Source of the DNA: Eledone cirrhosa
Taxonomy: Eukaryota
DNA length: 64,000 nt
Assembly: GCA_964016885.1 (NCBI GenBank)
Contig: OZ024740.1
Coordinates: 95,604,001 to 95,668,000, forward strand
Direction: 5' to 3'
This document shows, in pieces, positions 12,862 through 24,300 of the stretch. Both the position numbers and the translations under genes were made by a program. The notes under the pieces are model-generated. The model saw nothing but the letters and a program-made list of their open reading frames with translations, was not told the origin of the DNA and searched no databases. How positions within the stretch are numbered: the stretch's first letter is position 1; each line of letters begins with the position of its first letter.

Positions 12862-14495
12862 TAAAATACGTAGTTAAGAAAGCCACAACAATGCAGAGAG
12901 AAATCTCGAGGTAGGAAGTGAATGATAGATAGGAGAAACAGGAGAAAGTGAAAATTGAGAGAGACAAAGATGAAAACAAAACAAAGGTAGAAGGGTTACC
13001 GTAGTGGAGATTTAATCCTAATATTTCGGGCTCACGCCCATCAACGGGGGAAAGTTCCAAAAGGGGGGGAACAGGCCAAGCGGAGAAAGTTGTGTTGTCG
13101 TTAAGACAGGAATGCCGTTATGGGGAGAAAATTATTTAAAATTTAAACGAGGGAAAGAATGCGCGTGCGCGTGATAGGCTGTGGCAAAAGCTACTGACCA
13201 AATGGGTTAAATCAAGAGGGTGCGCTAGCGTGTGAAAGCCGTAAAATATGTGTGTGTAAATATATATGTGTGTGTAACTGTGTGTGTATAAGTGTAAGTG
13301 TGTATAAGTGTGAGTGTGTGTGTGTGTGAAAGATAGTGGGCTGTAGAAGCTGGAAATCAAAGGGTGTGAAAGGTGGTAGGTTGTAAAACATGTGTGCGTG
13401 TATAAATATAGATGTGTGTGTGTAAGCGTATGGGTATACATGTGTGTGTAACTGTGTGTGTATATGTGTGAGTGCGTGTGTGTGTGAAAGATAGTGGGCT
13501 GTAGAAGCTGGAAATCAAAGGGTGTGAAAGGTGGTAGGTTGTAAAAACATGTGTGCGTGTATAAATATAGATGTGTGTGTGTATGCGTATGGGTATGCAT
13601 ATACGTGCGTGTGTGTGAAGATAGCAGGCCATAGGCTGTGAATGGTCACTATGGTTAAGTTAGCCATGTCAGCTCATTTCTCTCAGCCCGGTTGTTAAGT
13701 GGGGGTCTGAGGTTCTTAATAACAAGTGCTTCCTTTATCATTAAGGATCCGATGCTGCGTTCAGTCGCTAGGACTGTGACCAAGGGTCTACCCTGTGGGT
13801 TTCCGCATTTAAGGATGTGTTTACAGATAGAAGATGCGTTGGTGTTGATATGTTCCTTGATACGAACATGTAGGGGTCGAATGGTGCTACCTATGTAAAA
13901 CTTGTTACATTTATCGCATTGAATCTTATATACGACATAGGTACGTAGGCAATCTGCCCCCCGTATCGGGCAGTTGCTGAGGGAACACGTCCCATCTGAC
14001 TCGTCGGGTTAGTTGGAGAGGCATATTCGCAGCGAAGGTCCTGTGTGGGCCAAATGTATGTCAAGCCCCTCCGTCTGTATCGCCCTGCGGATGGCGTTCG
14101 TGGTATATTCACTCAGGTGGGGGATTTTAAAGTAGCACCTGCTTTTATTTAAGTTTCTAGTAGGTGTCTGTCTATTGGGTCTGGGGTCTCTAATACCGTT
14201 AATCAGTCGCTTGGGATAACCATTAGATCTGAGTAGATTACGGAATTGCGTGGTATGGGGGAGACCACCCATCGGATCGCTGCATCTGTTAGTGATCCGT
14301 GTCAGTTCATTTAGGACATAGCCTCTCTTAGCGTTGTTGGGGAGGGCTGAGTTGTAATGCACAAATAAGTCCTTGCACGCTGCTTTGCGGTAGAAGGTGG
14401 TGTTTATGTCTTCTTCTTCCGAGATGTTGATACGGAAGTCGAGGAGGGCGAGTGACCCGTCTTCTCCTGGGTGTTCGATGGTGAAATCGACGTGA
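12862..14495 (-). mobile_element. Inverted partial copy of PLE family A (RT thumb, GIY-YIG, 3' UTR)
   Basis: Reverse complement of 15139-16773 with scattered differences. ORF 14009-14362 (HYNSALPNNAKRGYV...LRSNGYPKRLI...IPHLSE) is a PLE thumb and linker. Confidence 0.95.
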
Positions 14496-14499
14496 CTCG

Positions 14500-15977
14500 A
14501 AACAGCAAACTACCCACATTCTACCCACCTTCTACCACCTGGTTAAAACACATAAACAAGGACCCGATTTGAAAATCAGGCCCATTGTCTCTAGCGTGGA
14601 GGGCCCACTCTACAAAATATCGTGGCTGCTCTCCACACTACTGAAACCCATTCTACACACACTACCAGCCCAAGTCTGCAGCTCAAAGGAGGTCTTGGAG
14701 CGACTACACCATCTGGCGCCCAACACCAGAAAGGACAACGGTTATGCCTTCAGTCTTGATGTGGTCGCCCTTTATACCTCCGTACCAGCATCCCCGGCTG
14801 TCGACCTGTTGACCGAACGAGTCCGAGCATCTAACTTACACTGCTTCGGACTCACACACACGGACATACACCAACTCCTCTCCTTCGTTGTGGATAATGC
14901 AATCTTCAATTTCCTCGGCCACACGTACAAACAAATCTCCGGGCTACCTATGGGCTCTAGTCTGTCCGGCATACTTGCGATCTCGTACATGGACCACCTG
15001 GAACGCAAGGCACTTAATCAATACCTGCCAACCCAACGCCGTCGCCTTCTACTCCAGATACGTTGATGACATCCTGATACTTACTTCTTCCCGCGAGATG
15101 GCGAATGAAATTCACCAAATCTTCAACGATACTGACCATCACGTCGATTTCACCATCGAACACCCAGGAGAAGCCGGGTCACTCGCCCTCCTCGACTTCC
15201 GTATCAACATCTCGGATGAAGGAGACATAAACACCACCTTCTACCGCAAAGCAGCGTGCAAGGACTTATTTGTGCATTACAACTCAGCCCTCCCCAACAA
15301 CACAAAGAGAGGCTATGTCCTAAATGAACTGACATGGATCGATAACAGATGCAGCCACCCGATGGGTGGTCTCACCCATACCACGCAATTCCGTAATCTA
15401 CTCAGATCTAATGGTTATCCCAAGCGACTGATTAACGGTATTAGAGACCCCAGACCCAATAGACAGACACCCACTAGAAACTTAAATAAAAGCAGGTGCT
15501 TCTTTAAAATCCCCACCTGAGTGATTATACCACGAACGCCATCCGCAGGGCCATACGGACGGAGGGACTTGACATACATTTGGCCCACACAGGACCTTCG
15601 CTGCGAAGATGCCTCTCCAACAACCCGACGAGTCAGATGGGACGTGTTCCCTCAGCAACTGCCCGATACGGGGGGCAGATTGCCTACGCACCTATGTCGT
15701 ATATAAGATTCAATGCGATAAATGTAACAAGTTTTACATGGGTAGCACCATCCGACCCCTACATGTTCGTATCAAGGAACATATCAACACCAACGCATCT
15801 TCCTTCCGTAAACACATCCTTAAATGCGGAAACCCACAGGGTAGACCCTTGGTCACAGTCCTAGCGACTGAACGCAGCATCGGATCCTTAAGGATAAAGG
15901 AAGCACTTGTTATTAAGAACCACAGACCCCCACTTAACAACCGGGCTGAGAGAAATGAGCTGACATGGCTAACTTAA
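14500..15977 (+). pseudogene. Frameshifted PLE reverse transcriptase / GIY-YIG endonuclease polyprotein
   Basis: Motifs PTFYHLVKTHK, IRPIVS, FSLDVVALYTSVP, QISGLPMGSSLS, SRYVDD, LLDF, NGYP, Cys linker CSLSNCPIRGADC, then VVYKIQCDKCNKFYMGST.R.L..RIKEH...IKEALVI....PPLN. Frameshifts near 15020, 15520 and 15620. Confidence 0.93.
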
Positions 15978-16009
15978 CCATAGTGACCATTCACAGCCTA
16001 CGGCCTGCT

Positions 16010-16390
16010 ATCTTCACACACACGCACGTATATGCATACCCATACGCACACACACACACATCTATATTTATACACGCACACATGTTTTTACAACCTACCA
16101 CCTTTCACACCCTTTGATTTCCAGCTTCTACAGCCCACTATCTTTCACACACACACGCACTCACACATATACACACATAGTTACACACACATGTATACCC
16201 ATACGCTTACACACACATATCTATATTTATACACGCACACATGTTTTACAACCTACCACCTTTCACACCCTTTGATTTCTAGCTTCTACAGCCCACTATC
16301 TTTCACACACACACACACTCACACTTATACACACTTACACTTATACACACACAGTTACACACACATATATATTTACACACACATATTTTA
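16010..16390 (+). repeat. Tandem duplication of about 158 bp with CA-rich microsatellites in the PLE 3' UTR
   Basis: ACCTACCACCTTTCACACCCTTTGATTT at about 16093 and 16251; mirrored at 13250-13620. Confidence 0.85.
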
Positions 16391-16811
16391 CGGCTTTCAC
16401 AAGCTAGCGCACCCTCTTGATTTAACCCATTTGGTCAGTAGCTTTTGCTACAGCCTATCACGCGCACGCGCATTCTTTCCCTCGCTTAAATTTTAAATAA
16501 TGTTCTCCCCATAACGGCATTCCTGTCTTAACGACATCACAACTTTCTCCGCTTGGCCTGTCCCCCCCCCCCTTTTGGAACTTTCCCCCGTTGATGGGCG
16601 TGAGCCCGAAATATTAGGATTAAATCTCCACTACGGTAACCCTTCTACCTTTGTTTTGTTTTCATCTTTGTCTCTCTCAATTTTCACTTTCTCCTGTTTC
16701 TCCTATCTATCATTCACTTCCTACCTCGAGATTTCCCTCTGCATTGTTGTGGATTTCTTAACTACGTATTTTACACATTTCACAATGCTTCAAGCAAACT
16801 TTAACACCCTC

Positions 16812-16844
<33 letters not shown>

Positions 16845-16876
16845 TATGTATATATATATATATATATATATTTATG

Positions 16877-16928
<52 letters not shown>

Positions 16929-16986
16929 CAACATGACCCTCCCAAAGTATAACAATATATTTATATATATATATTTATAAATATAT
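16812..16986. repeat. Imperfect (TA)n tract containing the second copy of the 32-bp motif (16925-16956)
   Basis: Direct reading. Confidence 0.95.
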
Positions 16987-17187
16987 AAACAATTAAGTTA
17001 AAGTGTACATCTACATATGTATACGGAAGTACTAGTATGCATATAAATACACACATGTATACATATGTACATGTACTGAGTTTTTCACTAGACACTTTAC
17101 AGTGAGTGTCCAGCTAGTCTGTATGTAACCAAACAGACGAACCGGGTTTTAGAGTAATACGAGTTTTCAAGGAAACACACTTCCTCG

Positions 17188-17282
17188 ATTCTCCAGAGAG
17201 CCAGACAGGAATATTGGACTAGTTTCGATGTTATTACATCTCATCAGCAATATAAACCCATCTTCCGGCTTCTCTAGAGAAT
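17188..17282 (-). ncRNA. Type I hammerhead ribozyme, first copy (core 17211-17253; predicted cleavage GUC/C between 17217 and 17216)
   Basis: Minus strand: helix I AUAUUG/CAAUAU, CUGAUGA, helix II GAUGU-AAUA-ACAUC, GAAA, helix III A-CUAG-U, C17. Helix I extends through AGAUGGG/CCUGUCU and AUUCUCUAGAGAAGCC/GGCUCUCUGGAGAAU. Confidence 0.93.
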
Positions 17283-17400
17283 TGTAAAAGCACATATCGT
17301 TATATGCTTTTTCTATGAAAATTAGTAGTGGGCAGACTAAGTTGCATAGAACGTGAGTCATTGTACGCACCGGTTCAGCGGAAACGACAAAAACAAATAA

Positions 17401-17425
17401 CGAAACGAAATTAAATTTCGTTTCG
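17401..17425. repeat. 25-bp palindrome in the monomer (first copy shown)
   Basis: CGAAACGAAATT-A-AATTTCGTTTCG. Confidence 0.95.
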
Positions 17426-18280
17426 CTTCTAACTCACTTTTGTATGACTGACGCTTAAACAATTAAGTTACAGTGTACATCTACATATGTATACGGAAGT
17501 ACTAGTATGCATATAAATACACACATGTATACATATGTACATGTACTGAGTTTTTCACTAGACACTTTACAGTGAGTGTTCAGCTAGTCTGTATGTAACC
17601 AAACAGACGAACCGGGTTTTAGAGTCATACGAGTTTTCAGGGAAACAGACTTCCTCTATTCTCCAGAGAGCCAGACAGGAATATTGGACTAGTTTCGATG
17701 TTATTACATCTCATCAGCAATATATACCCATCTTCCGGCTTCTCTAGAGAATTGTAAAAGCACATATCGTTATATGCTTTTTTCTATGAAAATTAGTAGT
17801 GGGCAGACTAGTTTGCTTAGAACTTGAGTCATTGTACGCACCGGTTCAGCGGAAACGATAAAAACAAATAACGAAACGAAATTAAATTTCATTTCGCTTC
17901 TAACTCACTTTTGTATGACTGACGCTTAAACAATTAAGTTAAAGTGTACATCTACATATGTATACGGAAGTACTAGTATGCATATAAATACACACATGTA
18001 TACATATGTACATGTACTGAGTTTTTCACTAGACACTTTACAGTGAGTGTCCAGCTAGTCTGTATGTAACCAAACAGAAGAACCGGGTTTTAGAGTCATA
18101 CGAGTTTTCAAGGAAACACACTTCCTCTATTCTCCAGAGAGCCAGACAGGAATATTGGACTAGTTTCGATGTTATTACATCTCATCAGCAATATAAACCC
18201 ATCTTCCGGCTTCTCTAGAGAATTGTAAAAGCAAATATCGTTATATGCTTTTTCTATGAAAATTAGTAGTGGGCAGACTA

Positions 18281-18301
18281 ATTTGCATAGAACGTGAGTC
18301 A
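18281..18301 (-). promoter_or_regulatory. Octamer (ATGCAAAT) and AP-1-like (TGACTCA) motifs present in most monomers (one copy shown)
   Basis: ATTTGCAT at 18281-18288 and TGAGTCA at 18295-18301, about 90 nt upstream of the hammerhead on the minus strand. Function is unverified. Confidence 0.4.
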
Positions 18302-21300
18302 TTGTACGCACCAGTTCAGCGGAAACGATAAAAACAAATAACGAAACGAAATTAAATTTCGTTTCGCTTCTAACTCACTTTTGTATGACTGACGCTTAAA
18401 CAATTAAGTTAAAGTGTACATCTACATATGTATACGGAAGTACTAGTATGCATATAAATACACACATGTATACAAATGTACATGTACTGAGTTTTTCACT
18501 AGACACTTTACAGTGAGTGTCCAGCTAGTCTGTATGTAACCAAACAGACGAACCGGGTTTTAGAGTCATACGAGTTTTCAAGGAAACAGACTTCCTCTAT
18601 TCTCCAGAGAGCCAGACAGGAATATTGGACTAGTTTCGATGTTATTACATCTCATCAGCAATATAAACCCATCTTCCGGCTTCTCTAGAGAATTGTAAAA
18701 GCACATATCGTTATATGCTTTTTCTATGAAAATTAGTAGTGGGCAGACTAATTTGCATAGAACGTGAGTCATTGTACGCACCGGTTCAGCGTAAACGATA
18801 AAAACAAATAACGAAACGAAATTAAATTTCGTTTCGCTTCTAACTCACTTTTGTATGACTGACGCTTAAACAATTAAGTTACAGTGTACATCTACATATG
18901 TATACGGAAGTACTAGTATGCATATAAATACACACATGTATACATATGTACATGTACTGAGTTTTTCACTAGACACTTTACAGTGAGTGTTCAGCTAGTC
19001 TGTATGTAACCAAACAGACGAACCGGGTTTTAGAGTCATACGAGTTTTCAAGGAAACACACTTCCTCGATTCTCCAGAGAGCCAGACAGGAATATTGGAC
19101 TAGTTTCGATGTTATTACATCTCATCAGCAATATATACCCATCTTCCGGCTTCTCTAGAGAATTGTAAAAGCAAATATCGTTATATGCTTTTTCTATGAA
19201 AATTAGTAGTGGGCAGACTAATTTGCATAGAACGTGAGTCATTGTACGCACCAGTTCAGCGGAAACGATAAAAACAAATAACGAAACGAAATTAAATTTC
19301 GTTTCGCTTCTAACTCACTTTTGTATGACTGACGCTTAAACAATTAAGTTAAAGTGTACATCTATATATGTATACGGAAGTACTAGTATAAATATAAATA
19401 CACACATGTATACATATGTACATGTACTGAGTTTTTCACTAGACACTTTACAGTGAGTGTCCAGCTAGTCTGTATGTAACCAAACAGACGAACCGGGTTT
19501 TAGAGTCATACGAGTTTTCAAGGAAACACACTTCCTCTATTTCCAGAGAGCCAGACAGGAATATTGGACTAGTTTCGATGTTATTACATCTCATCAGCAA
19601 TATTTAGCCATCTTCCGGCTTCTCTAGAGAATTGTAAAAGCACATATCGTTATATGCTTTTTCTATGAAAATTAGTAGAGGGCAGACTAATTTGCTTAGA
19701 ACGTGAGTCATTGTACGCACCGGTTCAGCGGAAACGATAAAAACAAATAACGAAACGAAATTAGATTTCGTTTCGCTTCTAACTCACTTTTGTATGACTG
19801 ACGCTTAAACAATTAAGTTAAAGTGTACATCTACATATGTATACGGAAGTACTAGTATGCATATAAATACACACATGTATACATATGTACATGTACTGAG
19901 TTTTTCACTAGACACTTTACAGTGAGTGTCCAGCTAATCTGTATGTAACCAAACAGACGAACCGGGTTTTAGAGTCATACGAGTTTTCAAGGAAACAGAC
20001 TTCCTCTATTCTCCAGAGAGCCAGACAGGAATATTGGACTAGTTTCGATGTTATTACATCTCATCCGCAATATATACCCATCTTCCGGCTTCTCTAGAGA
20101 ATTGTAAAAGCACATATCGTTATATGCTTTTTCTATGAAAATTAGTAGTGGGCAGACTAATTTGCATAGAACGTGAGTCATTGTACGCACCGGTTCAGCG
20201 GAAACAATAAAAGCAAATAACGAAACGAAATTAAATTTCGTTTCGCTTCTAACTCACTTTTGTATGACTGACGCTTAAACAATTAAGTTACAGTGTACAT
20301 CTACATATGTATACGGAAGTACTAGTATGCATATAAATACACACATGTATACATATGTACATGTACTGAGTTTTTCACTAGACACTTTACAGTGAGTGTT
20401 CAGCTAGTCTGTATGTAACCAAACAGACGAACCGGGTTTTAGAGTCATACGAGTTTTCAAGGAAACAGACTTCCTCTATTCTCCAGAGAGCCAGACAGGA
20501 ATATTGGACTAGTTTCGATGTTATTACATCTCATCAGCAATATATACCCATCTTCCGGCTTCTCTAGAGAATTGTAAAAGCACATATCGTTATATGCTTT
20601 TTTCTATGAAAATTAGTAGTGGGCAGACTAGTTTGCTTAGAACTTGAGTCATTGTACGCACCGGTTCAGCGGAAACGATAAAAACAAATAACGAAACGAA
20701 ATTAAATTTCGTTTCGCTTCTAACTCACTTTTGTATGACTGACGCTTAAACAATTAAGTTACAGTGTACATCTACATATGTATACGGAAGTACTAGTATG
20801 CATATAAATACACACATGTATACATATGTACATGTACTGAGTTTTTCACTAGACACTTTAGAGTGAGTGTTCAGCTAGTCTGTATGTAACCAAACAGACG
20901 AACCGGGTTTTAGAGTCATACGAGTTTTCAAGGAAACAGACTTCCTCTATTCTCCAGAGAGCCAGACAGGAATATTGGACTAGTTTCGATGTTATTACAT
21001 CTCATCAGCAATATATACCCATCTTCCGGCTTCTCTAGAGAATTGTAAAAGCACATATCGTTATATGCTTTTTTCTATGAAAATTAGTAGTGGGCAGACT
21101 AGTTTGCTTAGAACTTGAGTCATTGTACGCACCGGTTCAGCGGAAACGATAAAAACAAATAACGAAACGAAATTAAATTTCGTTTCGCTTCTAACTCACT
21201 TTAGTATGACTGACGCTTAAACAATTAAGTTACAGTGTACATCTACATATGTATACGGAACTACTAGTATGCATATAAATACACACATGTATACATATGT

Positions 21301-24300
21301 ACATGTACTGAGTTTTTCACTAGACACTTTACAGTGAGTGTCCAGCTAGTCTGTATGTAACCAAACAGAAGAACCGGGTTTTAGAGTCATACGAGTTTTC
21401 AAGGAAACACACTTCCTCTATTCTCCAGAGAGCCAGACAGGAATATTGGACTAGTTTCGATGTTATTACATCTCATCAGCAATATAAACCCATCTTCCGG
21501 CTTCTCTAGAGAATTGTAAAAGCAAATATCGTTATATGCTTTTTCTATGAAAATTAGTAGTGGGCAGACTAATTTGCATAGAACGTGAGTCATTGTACGC
21601 ACCAGTTCAGCGGAAACGATAAAAACAAATAACGAAACGAAATTAAATTTCGTTTCGCTTCTAACTCACTTTTGTATGACTGACGCTTAAACAATTAAGT
21701 TAAAGTGTACATCTACATATGTATACGGAAGTACTAGTATGCATATAAATACACACATGTATACAAATGTACATGTACTGAGTTTTTCACTAGACACTTT
21801 ACAGTGAGTGTCCAGCTAGTCTGTATGTAACCAAACAGACGAACCGGGTTTTAGAGTCATACGAGTTTTCAAGGAAACAGACTTCCTCTATTCTCCAGAG
21901 AGCCAGACAGGAATATTGGACTAGTTTCGATGTTATTACATCTCATCAGCAATATAAACCCATCTTCCGGCTTCTCTAGAGAATTGTAAAAGCACATATC
22001 GTTATATGCTTTTTCTATGAAAATTAGTAGTGGGCAGACTAATTTGCATAGAACGTGAGTCATTGTACGCACCGGTTCAGCGTAAACGATAAAAACAAAT
22101 AACGAAACGAAATTAAATTTCGTTTCGCTTCTAACTCACTTTTGTATGACTGACGCTTAAACAATTAAGTTACAGTGTACATCTACATATGTATACGGAA
22201 GTACTAGTATGCATATAAATACACACATGTATACATATGTACATGTACTGAGTTTTTCACTAGACACTTTACAGTGAGTGTTCAGCTAGTCTGTATGTAA
22301 CCAAACAGACGAACCGGGTTTTAGAGTCATACGAGTTTTCAAGGAAACACACTTCCTCGATTCTCCAGAGAGCCAGACAGGAATATTGGACTAGTTTCGA
22401 TGTTATTACATCTCATCAGCAATATATACCCATCTTCCGGCTTCTCTAGAGAATTGTAAAAGCAAATATCGTTATATGCTTTTTCTATGAAAATTAGTAG
22501 TGGGCAGACTAATTTGCATAGAACGTGAGTCATTGTACGCACCAGTTCAGCGGAAACGATAAAAACAAATAACGAAACGAAATTAAATTTCGTTTCGCTT
22601 CTAACTCACTTTTGTATGACTGACGCTTAAACAATTAAGTTAAAGTGTACATCTATATATGTATACGGAAGTACTAGTATAAATATAAATACACACATGT
22701 ATACATATGTACATGTACTGAGTTTTTCACTAGACACTTTACAGTGAGTGTCCAGCTAGTCTGTATGTAACCAAACAGACGAACCGGGTTTTAGAGTCAT
22801 ACGAGTTTTCAAGGAAACACACTTCCTCTATTTCCAGAGAGCCAGACAGGAATATTGGACTAGTTTCGATGTTATTACATCTCATCAGCAATATTTAGCC
22901 ATCTTCCGGCTTCTCTAGAGAATTGTAAAAGCACATATCGTTATATGCTTTTTCTATGAAAATTAGTAGAGGGCAGACTAATTTGCTTAGAACGTGAGTC
23001 ATTGTACGCACCGGTTCAGCGGAAACGATAAAAACAAATAACGAAACGAAATTAGATTTCGTTTCGCTTCTAACTCACTTTTGTATGACTGACGCTTAAA
23101 CAATTAAGTTAAAGTGTACATCTACATATGTATACGGAAGTACTAGTATGCATATAAATACACACATGTATACATATGTACATGTACTGAGTTTTTCACT
23201 AGACACTTTACAGTGAGTGTCCAGCTAATCTGTATGTAACCAAACAGACGAACCGGGTTTTAGAGTCATACGAGTTTTCAAGGAAACAGACTTCCTCTAT
23301 TCTCCAGAGAGCCAGACAGGAATATTGGACTAGTTTCGATGTTATTACATCTCATCCGCAATATATACCCATCTTCCGGCTTCTCTAGAGAATTGTAAAA
23401 GCACATATCGTTATATGCTTTTTCTATGAAAATTAGTAGTGGGCAGACTAATTTGCATAGAACGTGAGTCATTGTACGCACCGGTTCAGCGGAAACAATA
23501 AAAGCAAATAACGAAACGAAATTAAATTTCGTTTCGCTTCTAACTCACTTTTGTATGACTGACGCTTAAACAATTAAGTTACAGTGTACATCTACATATG
23601 TATACGGAAGTACTAGTATGCATATAAATACACACATGTATACATATGTACATGTACTGAGTTTTTCACTAGACACTTTACAGTGAGTGTTCAGCTAGTC
23701 TGTATGTAACCAAACAGACGAACCGGGTTTTAGAGTCATACGAGTTTTCAAGGAAACAGACTTCCTCTATTCTCCAGAGAGCCAGACAGGAATATTGGAC
23801 TAGTTTCGATGTTATTACATCTCATCAGCAATATATACCCATCTTCCGGCTTCTCTAGAGAATTGTAAAAGCACATATCGTTATATGCTTTTTTCTATGA
23901 AAATTAGTAGTGGGCAGACTAGTTTGCTTAGAACTTGAGTCATTGTACGCACCGGTTCAGCGGAAACGATAAAAACAAATAACGAAACGAAATTAAATTT
24001 CGTTTCGCTTCTAACTCACTTTTGTATGACTGACGCTTAAACAATTAAGTTACAGTGTACATCTACATATGTATACGGAAGTACTAGTATGCATATAAAT
24101 ACACACATGTATACATATGTACATGTACTGAGTTTTTCACTAGACACTTTAGAGTGAGTGTTCAGCTAGTCTGTATGTAACCAAACAGACGAACCGGGTT
24201 TTAGAGTCATACGAGTTTTCAAGGAAACAGACTTCCTCTATTCTCCAGAGAGCCAGACAGGAATATTGGACTAGTTTCGATGTTATTACATCTCATCAGC

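Larger units (their letters stand above)
14496..16811 (+). mobile_element. 5'-truncated Penelope-like retroelement family A
   Basis: RT, C-terminal GIY-YIG endonuclease and a long CA-rich 3' UTR ending at (TA)n. Confidence 0.95.

Noticed and set aside
16987-17460. Monomer as a 5S, tRNA, U snRNA or spliced-leader gene repeat
   Set aside because: No match by eye to those RNAs; no A/B boxes and no convincing Sm-site architecture.
17070-17460. Second hammerhead on the plus strand (ambisense, viroid-like)
   Set aside because: The plus-strand CTGA sites read CTGAGTT and CTGACGC, not CTGANGA, and lack the required helices.
17616-17650. GTTTTAGAGTCAT...AC resembles a type II-A CRISPR repeat
   Set aside because: The intervening ~435 bp are near-identical rather than unique spacers, there are no cas genes, and the context is eukaryotic.
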